A stretch of 32,000 nt of DNA. Source: Candidatus Thorarchaeota archaeon (GTDB lineage: Archaea; Asgardarchaeota; Thorarchaeia; Thorarchaeales; Thorarchaeaceae). Both the position numbers and the translations under genes were made by a program. The notes under the pieces are model-generated. The model had not been told where the DNA came from. It searched no databases and saw only the letters and a program-made list of their open reading frames with translations. Within the stretch, counting starts at the first letter, position 1. Each line of letters opens with the position of its first letter. This document shows positions 19,101 to 26,787 of this stretch, piece by piece. Where the stretch lies: contig PRDJ01000037.1 in NCBI GenBank assembly GCA_003345555.1, positions 26,314-58,313 of the forward strand, read 5' to 3'.

Positions 19101-22100
19101 CACTTGCCGCCTGCTCCCGTGATCGTAGTAGAGGACGAACAGACTGTTCCGCTTGCCCAGCCAATCACGATGTCGACTTGAGCGCCTATAATCGGGTACC
19201 CATTGTAGTCTGTTAGTGTAGCCACGAGTCCCACAAGTGACCCTTGCTTGACCGGTTGAGCCGGTGATGTTAGGCTGATGCTGGTCATGCCAAGAACCGT
19301 GCGCTCACAGAGTACCCATGCTCCAACCAGCCATCCTTGCGATGGACACGTTATGTTTACGTTCAACGTTCCGGAACACGGTAACTGGAGAATGAGATTG
19401 ATCTCGCCCACGCTCGATGTCAGGTTTGAGGAATCAAGAATCACTTCGTCATCGATTATTGCCACGACTATCACCTCAACACCTGCAAGTCTTGACTGGT
19501 CGTGGCCCTTGACAGTCAATTCAAGAGATATGGAACACGGCGCGACAGGAGCTGCTGCAATATCAGCTGAAATCACAGGAGTTTCCATCACAGCAACACT
19601 GACGGTCTTCTCCACTCTCTCATACCAGTATTGACGATCGATACAGACAACTATGCTGTTGATTCCTCTATGACCGGGCAGCCAAGCCACGTGCACGGTC
19701 TGGTTCTGTGTTGTCACCGTCGTCTGATACACTGTCTGGTTGGTCGGGCCTCTGACAAGAACGCTCGCAGTCAATCCTGAAATGGGAATACCCCTGTAGT
19801 CCAGCGCTAGGATCTCAAGCCAGTCTTCCTCTCCCACCAGAGGGTTCTCGCCTGCTGTTATCAGAACAACCACAGGAACTCGAAGCTCGAATACAGCAGT
19901 GCAAAGAGAGTTACCTCTTGAGAGTGTCCCGCCGAATTCAGCTTCAAACCTATATGTGCCTGCAGTATTCCCTGCCCATTGAAACACTACACGGCCAGTA
20001 GAATCTGTCGTCAGTGTTTGTTGGGCAATAATAGTCGACGGCAGGTAGACAATTCTCAGTGTCACCTGTACGCCGGAGACCGGCATTGAGCTGGAGTCAG
20101 TTATCTCAGTCCACAGGTTCCATGTCGTACCGACCAGCGATTCGGAAGTAGTCCCGCCGACGACGAGCGAGCTGGCGGACCATGATATAAGACCTTGGCT
20201 GGCTGAGCATCCGATAAGGAATCCAATGTCCGAAATTGATGCGTTTAGGAGATAGACTCCGTTGTCATCTAGAATGAAGCTCAGTCTTGCAAACCCAGTC
20301 GCGTTTGTAACCATTTGCGTATTCACGATTACAGCAGAAGACGGCGACGTGACAATAATATGAATGGGATAGTTCGACAATGGGATTCCGCTTTCTGTGG
20401 AAAGCCTTACATCATATGATCCAGATGAGTACTGGTTCTGCACTTGTGCTCCTATCCATTGCAGTTTCGTACTCTCGTAGACGTGAATCGCTCCGGCAAA
20501 GGATGCACTCTCAAGGCTGTCATTTCCCGCAAAAAAGAGAATGAAGCTGTAGTTTCCCCTTTGACTTGGCGCCCAAGTAAACGGTGATATGGTCCCTGAG
20601 CGCTCGAGAGCAATTGCACCGGACTGGTCTCTGACTGTAATCTTGACCCGCTGACTCGGTATGTCGCTGCCATTTGCAAGGTAATGGAGGGACCACCCTA
20701 TGGTCAGCGTCTCGTTGATTTTCCCCTGGATGAGTGCCAATGCCGAAATGTACGTCTGGACCGGCTCAAGCAACGTGACCTGCCGTAGCAAGGTGAGGTT
20801 CTGGCAATACGGCTTGTCTAATTGCGCCGTAATGCTGTATAATCCTGCAAGGAGCCCAGAAGTTGGAAGAGAGAATGAAAGTGGTGACTGAGTAGTATAC
20901 TCTATTTGCTGATGGACAAGCCCGTTACTAAGATCAATTGATACATGTGTCTGCCCCGCTGCGAATCCGCATTCAAGCGACCAATCAATGGTGCCGTTGA
21001 CATTGTGCCCTCTAGGCAATCTGGAAGCTGGAATCTGCAAGGTTCCCTGAAGCGTCCCTTGGACCTGTATCGAGACTGTGCAGTATGCTCTTGTCAAACT
21101 GAAGTCTTGGAGCATAATCGCTATGTTGCTAGGACCTAATGCCTTGTAGTCGCAGGGGATGCTGAGTTGTATTGAGTCCGTATCGCTAACATACCGGAAG
21201 AGCCGCCAGCATTCGAAAGCGAAGACAATGACACAATGACGACCTGAGAGTGGCGTCATTGATACTGCGAGCACCATAGAGGAGCCAATCTCTGTGACTG
21301 ATGGCCCGGTGGCGTTGATTGAGCTGCTAGATGGGGTTGCTAGACGTGTGCGGAGACCAAGAATCGAGATCATCTCCAAGACTCCTGCGGCATAGATGGG
21401 TTGCCACAACTTGGTCGAGTTGAACCAGCCGTCCGAGAATGGTGTTCCTCCGAGAGACTGGAGGATTGCTTGTGAGTCAACGCAGTCAAGGCTTGCTGAG
21501 AATCCAGAAGCGTTGAGGAGAGCTAGAGTTGCTACGTCTCTGCTGAGCGCCCACAAGTCCGAGTATTGAATTCTGGCTGTAACGGATTGCTGTACCTGTT
21601 CGGCTTTCGCAGAATCGAGTATCCCTAGTCTGAGCGCAGTCCTCGTGCAAAGCCAGTCGACTGCTGATTGTTGGCTGGCAAATGGCTTGAGTGTCCAACC
21701 TTCCGTGGACCATTGCCCTGATTCGAATTCAGCTAATACTGCCGACTCCAGGCTAGTTCTGTAATGAACCGTGTCTAATGCATTCAGGAGGTACAGTGAC
21801 TCTACAGCCGCAACTGTGTACTGCATTTGTGGTGTACCCATGAACGCCGTTGGTTTGTAGTGCCCGGAGGGATCCTGACACTGGTAAACGTATAGTTGGC
21901 CAGCGGATACAGCAGAATCCGGGATGCCGCTTCCGAGTGCAGCGTACACGGCTGCTCCAAAGTATTGAGTCCATGCACTCTGCATCCGATACTGAGTTGG
22001 AGAATACTCAATCGGCGTCGCAGCAGTCACGTTGCCTGGATATTGGGACCAGCCCACTAGTCCATCCACATACGACTTGGCAAGCGAATAGTCTGAGAAC

Positions 22101-23953
22101 CCTGCTGAATGAGACAGTCTGGATATCGATGCCAGCCAACTCGTCCACATCAGTGATGGTATCTTTTCCATTACCTCAAAACCCAGTCCGGTCTCACAGA
22201 GTGACAGAAAGCTCATTACCTTACTAGCCATTGATTCAGATTGCTGTCCGACGGCTTGGATGCACTGAGCGACATTCATTGTCGGCCATGTCTTGCCCAC
22301 ATTGTCGCTGGCTGCTTCAGTGAGGCCGAAACCCCCCGATGGTAGCTGGTTGGCGGCTAGCCAGGACATGCCTGTGGTCAGATTCTGATAGCTTAAAGTG
22401 TTCATGATTGCCATGGCCGTGAGAGCCGATGAGGTCCCGGTGACTAGCTCCCCGCTTGAGCCAAGCGTCTCCTTGTATGATCCATCGCCATTGGACATCC
22501 GAGTTGTAATCCAACTGGTGAGCTTGAGAGGGTCTCCATGGCTCTTGCCCAGCAGCTGCAGAGCCATGATGTATTGGGCGGCATAAGAGGTCCTTGCAGT
22601 GATGGTAGTCGGATTCTGTCCTACTGCGCCCCATAGGTCGGGGTTGGATGTCTTGGACCCGTCAATGATGCAACTACGGAGCCACGTCTCGGCGTTGGCT
22701 GTGTTGACGTAGGCAAGGCTGGCCGAGAGGGTTAGGCCCTCGACAACTAGACATGTAGTTGTGAGATCGTTGTTGAAGCCTCCTTCAGCATCCTGTCTCG
22801 AAGCCAAATACGAAATGAGCTTGTCTGAGCCGTAACGTGCAAGAAGTCCCATAGAAGAAGCCAGCCATAGCCCTTCTGCTGCGGTCTGCACGCTCACTGT
22901 ATTCTCACTTACCGAGTTCATGAAGCCAGCTTGTGACCCGTAGTCGACGAAGAGACTATCGAGGAGTCCTTGGATTAACGGCTGTTTCTGAGATTTCCAC
23001 GTTGACCAGTCCGACATACTCAATGCAGACTTCGCAGAGTGCACCACGGCGTATGCGGCCTTCAGAGTCGGTTCATGCAGATAGCGATACCCGCCGGCAA
23101 ACAGACTGTCATATGGTGCTTGGAGCTGGCTAACTACGTTCGTGGTCGAAGTCTCTCTGAGGGCGACTGAGAATGCAATTATGTTGACCAGCAGCCCACG
23201 ACCTTGGTCCGTCAACTTGGTGGGGTCTTCAGGACTAAACAGGAAGCAGTCAAGTGGATATGAGTCGTACCGAAGCACTGCGAGGTCCGCATGATTTTTC
23301 ACGCCAGTGAGATTCACGATGCGGGAATGTTCGCCTTGAGCCATGTCAACAGGCAGAACCAGACCAGTCTCCTCAGTAAGCTGAGAAGATATCGATAGTG
23401 TGATTGGGGAGTTGAGAAATGTAGCTGTCTCGTATCCTGGCGCTGTGAGAAGCCTTTGAGAAACCGATGCAGTCGCCGACGCCAACGGCGACGCCCTCAG
23501 ACTGTGGAGTAACCAAGCAGCTCGACCTGTGAGTATCACAGGAATGTCACACGAAATCAGCAGTTGGATAAACGTGTCTGGTATCCCACTTCCGTTTCCC
23601 GAACCCAGACTTCCATCCAGAAGAACTGCAGGCGCATGCTGCAACAAAGTGGGCTGCGCAAGAATGTCTTGAGTCGACAATACATGACTCACAATGCCGG
23701 ACGAATTGAGAATGGTTGACCATGCCTTGCCTAGTGCCGGAACGCTCGAATTCGGCATCTCTATCACTAGGTAAGGACTCACTTCGATTGTGCTCCCGGA
23801 ATCGGACGCTAGGCTCACGTTGTTTCCCCCGGGGCTTGTCACTGAGCCAGAAATCTGCGCTAAGTTCGGGCAATTGATAGTGACAGAATACTGAGACGTC
23901 CCGGCAATGAGAGCTATAACGACAGCCACGACAACAAGGCCTCTCGTCCTCAT
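16142..23953 (-). CDS. Giant TM-anchored cell-surface protein: GATase-like domain + prenyltransferase/squalene-cyclase-like toroid repeats + ~16-17 Ig-like repeats, 2603 aa
   Basis: Signal peptide MRTRGLVVVAVVIALIAG. QW-like toroid motifs SRQDAEGGF, NQLPSGGF, MSNGDGSY and QCQDPSGHY. Recurring ~100-aa units carry L.D..G.P(I/L).G..V (e.g. LTDYNGYPIIGAQV, LSDSDGLPMDGRTI, LSDSGGTPLEGFSV). C-terminal TM IGIIAGVALFL plus RKLKK. Confidence 0.85.
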   Translation of the reverse strand: MRTRGLVVVAVVIALIAGTSQYSVTINCPNLAQISGSVTSPGGNNVSLASDSGSTIEVSPYLVIEMPNSSVPALGKAWSTILNSSGIVSHVLSTQDILAQPTLLQHAPAVLLDGSLGSGNGSGIPDTFIQLLISCDIPVILTGRAAWLLHSLRASPLASATASVSQRLLTAPGYETATFLNSPITLSISSQLTEETGLVLPVDMAQGEHSRIVNLTGVKNHADLAVLRYDSYPLDCFLFSPEDPTKLTDQGRGLLVNIIAFSVALRETSTTNVVSQLQAPYDSLFAGGYRYLHEPTLKAAYAVVHSAKSALSMSDWSTWKSQKQPLIQGLLDSLFVDYGSQAGFMNSVSENTVSVQTAAEGLWLASSMGLLARYGSDKLISYLASRQDAEGGFNNDLTTTCLVVEGLTLSASLAYVNTANAETWLRSCIIDGSKTSNPDLWGAVGQNPTTITARTSYAAQYIMALQLLGKSHGDPLKLTSWITTRMSNGDGSYKETLGSSGELVTGTSSALTAMAIMNTLSYQNLTTGMSWLAANQLPSGGFGLTEAASDNVGKTWPTMNVAQCIQAVGQQSESMASKVMSFLSLCETGLGFEVMEKIPSLMWTSWLASISRLSHSAGFSDYSLAKSYVDGLVGWSQYPGNVTAATPIEYSPTQYRMQSAWTQYFGAAVYAALGSGIPDSAVSAGQLYVYQCQDPSGHYKPTAFMGTPQMQYTVAAVESLYLLNALDTVHYRTSLESAVLAEFESGQWSTEGWTLKPFASQQSAVDWLCTRTALRLGILDSAKAEQVQQSVTARIQYSDLWALSRDVATLALLNASGFSASLDCVDSQAILQSLGGTPFSDGWFNSTKLWQPIYAAGVLEMISILGLRTRLATPSSSSINATGPSVTEIGSSMVLAVSMTPLSGRHCVIVFAFECWRLFRYVSDTDSIQLSIPCDYKALGPSNIAIMLQDFSLTRAYCTVSIQVQGTLQGTLQIPASRLPRGHNVNGTIDWSLECGFAAGQTHVSIDLSNGLVHQQIEYTTQSPLSFSLPTSGLLAGLYSITAQLDKPYCQNLTLLRQVTLLEPVQTYISALALIQGKINETLTIGWSLHYLANGSDIPSQRVKITVRDQSGAIALERSGTISPFTWAPSQRGNYSFILFFAGNDSLESASFAGAIHVYESTKLQWIGAQVQNQYSSGSYDVRLSTESGIPLSNYPIHIIVTSPSSAVIVNTQMVTNATGFARLSFILDDNGVYLLNASISDIGFLIGCSASQGLISWSASSLVVGGTTSESLVGTTWNLWTEITDSSSMPVSGVQVTLRIVYLPSTIIAQQTLTTDSTGRVVFQWAGNTAGTYRFEAEFGGTLSRGNSLCTAVFELRVPVVVLITAGENPLVGEEDWLEILALDYRGIPISGLTASVLVRGPTNQTVYQTTVTTQNQTVHVAWLPGHRGINSIVVCIDRQYWYERVEKTVSVAVMETPVISADIAAAPVAPCSISLELTVKGHDQSRLAGVEVIVVAIIDDEVILDSSNLTSSVGEINLILQLPCSGTLNVNITCPSQGWLVGAWVLCERTVLGMTSISLTSPAQPVKQGSLVGLVATLTDYNGYPIIGAQVDIVIGWASGTVCSSSTTITGAGGKCSIAYIFNTVGDFVITASFGGSGLQAPSNHSEPQRIFVVPGIVVIHDASYLIGQDSEVDLGLKDALGNNIAGRTLLLRIDSGSNTLFQSQVQTIDGLVRIHWTPTNRGQILIRVLHAGDVYYYTNSTVSCVPVMEVATGSLLLSAKQTDVLGIVALQYSLTAQGNVNGVTVHFEVLGVNLVPVWTAEAKTNSSGFVQIIYVAQQAYGILMVVAEPAADECLLGAGTQKQLVVMTEAQLSATFGPIPPCAINEVTVSMQVQDELGALIDGISVIVRVYDPYGQQVKLGPMSSSITLQVRNGTAGFAFTPQYPGLYTLDVSSSGSVIVHPFQTTTLHTVYSRTSLVVFVQSPCMEVGAYLNVTVLLSDSDGLPMDGRTISLQLDGPGSRLKGPVDVVTNATGYSTWRVQMDEIGLWKLRADFAGIGVYLATTASVELDVRYATNLDASLTTTAEIVAGRSLAQLRMLLSDSGGTPLEGFSVQYDVYHEIIGLCLEGNIIQLGQSPVLLNLTLPLAGNYTVILSFAGTEHYLPSSAAVSIWARGTTTIVFQCPARTDRSEDGRLVLTVVDESCTEMAIEQLDLQIELTGPNGLIALAGLVHINGSRLIIPLRGFAVGDYEITATVPDSVMRLGGSSWLDFVVSTTSALVIPEKALPGVPSRQHYMIFLLTDSLGDATSGMTVFVSLYDPRGREIYGSPLTTRTPVVSTLGGTRVEWTPSEIGNYTLILVFDGDALRTGASIEIVVLIRYECTLGLDIPRQIVYGQALSLSVTLSGPVSKIQEAQIVVIVTLGGVEERHLSIVTDIRGSATLSIEGLGAGNHSVFVVYEGSPTYNVCAKTVSLTVSPIVSMKATANSDAVVGISCIVTIEYEVAGLSSEWKGTLTIDARGPENTLVGQWAFSVTRSGLQQVVFIPEKEGTYLLNVTLSGLPVLASERKTFTLPVRQSIPIQLDESTIPVVSEIGIIAGVALFLSRKLKKMESLLPGEWEP

Positions 23954-23955
23954 GT

Positions 23956-24552
23956 CTAGACATACACCCCCACGACTTGTGTGTAGAATAATACAAGAAC
24001 GGCGATTACCACAAGAAGCTCAATTGCACCTCGACGGCCCTGTTTCTTCAATGAAGCTCCGATTAGTGTGAGATCCCCGCTTCGAATGCAGCTGTTAAGG
24101 AGGACTGCTACCGCTAGGTACCAGCACACGAAGGCAAGAGGGAATTCCATCAATAGGCTCATGGGCACGAACAGAAGCAGGAATCCAACAAACACAGATG
24201 CTAGGGAGCTGAGGAAGAGGGCAACAAGTAGAGCAGCAACCCTAGGCGGTCTTTCCACGTGTATGAAGACGTTCACTTCTGCATATGTGGTCCCTACACC
24301 AAAGCCATCGAGATGGATACCCAAGACTGAGCACACAACATACCGGATTCCAGTATTGATGAAGATCCCCGGCGCCAACACTATGCTGAGAAGCGATAGC
24401 ACAGTATTCCTTGTCCAGGTATTGAAGGCACGCTTGTAGCCGGTCAAAAGCAATATGCTTCTGAACAGTGTCGCAACTATGATGACATAAGGAGCGATTC
24501 TCAGCGAGAACTGCATATTACCGATTAGAAGTTCAACGATTCCAAACTGCAC
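23956..24552 (-). CDS. Multi-pass membrane protein resembling M50/DUF3267 zincin-like peptidases but lacking HExxH
   Basis: About 5 hydrophobic helices. LAPGIFINTGIRYVVCSVLG matches the PG.I.HELSH..(C)..LG layout, and LNSCIRSGD matches the C-terminal ..PS.GD motif. It ends 2 nt before the start of the giant gene. GTG start. Confidence 0.6.
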   Translation of the reverse strand: MQFGIVELLIGNMQFSLRIAPYVIIVATLFRSILLLTGYKRAFNTWTRNTVLSLLSIVLAPGIFINTGIRYVVCSVLGIHLDGFGVGTTYAEVNVFIHVERPPRVAALLVALFLSSLASVFVGFLLLFVPMSLLMEFPLAFVCWYLAVAVLLNSCIRSGDLTLIGASLKKQGRRGAIELLVVIAVLVLFYTQVVGVYV

Positions 24553-24644
24553 TCTCGTTCACGACCCTGCTCAATCTGATAATCTTAGAACGAGTCAGTA
24601 TATCTAGGTCTAACTGTTCACAACTGTGAGTAGCCATATTGTAC

Positions 24645-24764
24645 TTTGGGGGATTTGAGATATCATGGGTATTTGGGCACGACTATTCAATACACTTAAT
24701 GCCTCAAATTACATTTGGGGCTTTTTTCGGGCTCTGTTTGACTATAGATTACGGCATTTTCGGG
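24645..24764 (+). repeat. Five TTT(C)GGG motifs in a divergent intergenic region
   Basis: TTTGGG at 24645, 24672 and 24714; TTTCGGG at 24725 and 24758. Confidence 0.4.
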
Positions 24765-24812
24765 TTTTGACCGGTAGTCATAAGAGGTCTGACACGTTGA
24801 CGAATCGCCAAG

Positions 24813-26771
24813 ATGTCAAAGCGTTTACAGAGCGGCCGCAGAAGGCCGGTCATTGATAGGCTTCATGATGCGCGTGAGCGGAGAGCTCTCGAAGACGATC
24901 TTCAATTGCTGAGAAAGTTAGTTCTGGTTCCATATGCTCTGGAATGTCAGACGCTTGTCCTTGATGAGCCCCTTTACGAGTCCACTGTAGGATTGAATCC
25001 TCTCCCATCGTCTGCATATGGCGAGGACAGAATAGACTCAGCTTTAGGTATGTCTCTGGCAACAGAATCAATTACTGGATGGGATCGTCCTCTGGCCGCC
25101 AAGGGTAGTACATTGAGAATGCAGATTGACTCGCTGCTTCCCGACAATCTTCCGAACAGGCCGTCAATTATCTATGCTCTCTGCAGGGTAGTCACTGACG
25201 ACATACCTTCGAAGACACGTTGGCAGCTCTATAATCCCGGCCTCGACTCCTTTGCCGCCGCGGTCCTAGCTATTCACCATGTCGGAAAGGAAATCGCAAG
25301 GAGACCGGCTTGGCTAGAAGTCCTATGGCGGACCAGTATACTGCGTCTCAAAGTTGGCGTGTTGAGGGATTTGCTAGCAGCGCTGCGCGCTGCGCCGACA
25401 GCTGGCCGAATGAGGAAGCGTCTTAGGAAGGTAGGCCATCGTCTAATGAAAATGCTCCCCCAAGACCCCCTTGGAAGCACCATCATTGATACTTGGCTTG
25501 CTATGATACCCGGTGATATGAGCGGCCGCCTTCCCAACGATATCATCGACAGGCTACGAGATGGAGAGACAAAGGGGAAACAAAAGAGAAGCGGAATCTC
25601 CGAGGAACTTGAGCTCCTCCAATCATCCTCGGTGATATGGCCAGTGATGACGCTCAGAGCAGATGGATCCATCGCAGGCGATTCCGAGGGAATACTCAGC
25701 GAGGTTCGCCAACAACTCAATGCTTTGGAGTATAAGCCAGTCCGGGATATCTGTGCGTATTTGGCAGAACGTCCGATGCCCGGTTGTCCTACAGGTGCGG
25801 ATGTCATGAACGCCACAGGTCTGACAAAGAGCGCATCCTATCATGCGTCAGCCTTTCTTCAGATGGTGATAACAGAGGACTATGTACCTTCCTTCGGGTC
25901 TATGGGTCTTCAGTATAGGTACGTTATGATGTCTCAAGAGAGAGGCGTGGACAGGCCTCTGGCAATAGCTGACAAGTGCTTCCTCCGCCGCGAGCACGCG
26001 GCAAAAACCACAACCAAGAACTTGGCTCATGCAGGTTTCCGCGTCGCTGTCGGTCAAGTTGAGCCGGTCGGTTCCCAAGGCCCGAGCGAACGGGACTTGC
26101 CTGAAAACTCGTTTACCGTTTCTGTTCAGTCCCAGTTTGTGTCCGTGCGGCTTGACCTCTATGATGTTGGCAAGTCAGTATGGAGGGAGCCTTGGAACGA
26201 ACGCCGACCGGCGCCAAGATCCACCATTCTGCATCTAACAGGGTCCGAGCCGCCCGTGCTTGGACCTCCCTCAGTTCCGATGCAGCGTGAAGTTGATGCT
26301 CTCAGCATATTGTGGAGCTTCAAAGGGACAAGACCGACACGCCGATGGTTGTTCGAAAGGATGGGTTTTCCTGCGGGCACGGCGGAACATATCATCCCGA
26401 GTCTGTTCAAGAAAAGACTTGTGCGACTGATGTATTATCCCGCGCTTGAGTACTGCAGCTTGCCCGAAGGAATCTTCGCTTGTTCGACTGGCATGTCCGC
26501 AAGAGATCTATTATCATACACGCGATGGGCTGTGGGGGTCTTTCCATATTGTCGTATACTCACAAACAAGTCCGCGGGCGATGTTGTGGCAATCGCAAGA
26601 GTTCCTCGTCTAAGGAGTACACTTGCCTCTGAGGTGATCAGAGACCGACTTGAGGAGACTGGTTGCGAATTCATGGTCTCGGTCATCCAATCTTACAAAT
26701 CCTATTACATGACAGTACTAAATAGACTCTACAATCCTGTCTCCAGAGACTGGCTGGATCCGTGGTCTTAG
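24813..26771 (+). CDS. Hypothetical protein with C-terminal tandem Lrp/AsnC-like wHTH+RAM modules
   Basis: 652-aa ORF with a helical N-terminus. Module 1: HTH-like GADVMNATGLTKSASYH, linker YVPSFGSMGLQYRYV, ending SVRLDLYDVGKSVW. Module 2: MGFPAGTAEHIIPSLFKKRLVRLMY, ending SYKSYYMTVLNRLYNPVSRDW. Confidence 0.7.
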   Translation: MSKRLQSGRRRPVIDRLHDARERRALEDDLQLLRKLVLVPYALECQTLVLDEPLYESTVGLNPLPSSAYGEDRIDSALGMSLATESITGWDRPLAAKGSTLRMQIDSLLPDNLPNRPSIIYALCRVVTDDIPSKTRWQLYNPGLDSFAAAVLAIHHVGKEIARRPAWLEVLWRTSILRLKVGVLRDLLAALRAAPTAGRMRKRLRKVGHRLMKMLPQDPLGSTIIDTWLAMIPGDMSGRLPNDIIDRLRDGETKGKQKRSGISEELELLQSSSVIWPVMTLRADGSIAGDSEGILSEVRQQLNALEYKPVRDICAYLAERPMPGCPTGADVMNATGLTKSASYHASAFLQMVITEDYVPSFGSMGLQYRYVMMSQERGVDRPLAIADKCFLRREHAAKTTTKNLAHAGFRVAVGQVEPVGSQGPSERDLPENSFTVSVQSQFVSVRLDLYDVGKSVWREPWNERRPAPRSTILHLTGSEPPVLGPPSVPMQREVDALSILWSFKGTRPTRRWLFERMGFPAGTAEHIIPSLFKKRLVRLMYYPALEYCSLPEGIFACSTGMSARDLLSYTRWAVGVFPYCRILTNKSAGDVVAIARVPRLRSTLASEVIRDRLEETGCEFMVSVIQSYKSYYMTVLNRLYNPVSRDWLDPWS

Positions 26772-26787
26772 TTCCCACTGCGGGCTC

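Noticed and set aside
21340-23160. Alpha-2-macroglobulin/complement-like thioester protein
   Set aside because: No CxEQ thioester motif was found in the 2603-aa protein, and the toroid lies N-terminal to the Ig stalk rather than embedded after MG domains.
16230-23996. Many short (60-150 aa) ORFs nested in or antisense to the large genes
   Set aside because: They overlap well-supported CDSs, are rich in Arg/Ser/Cys/Pro as expected of off-frame translations, and carry no family motifs.
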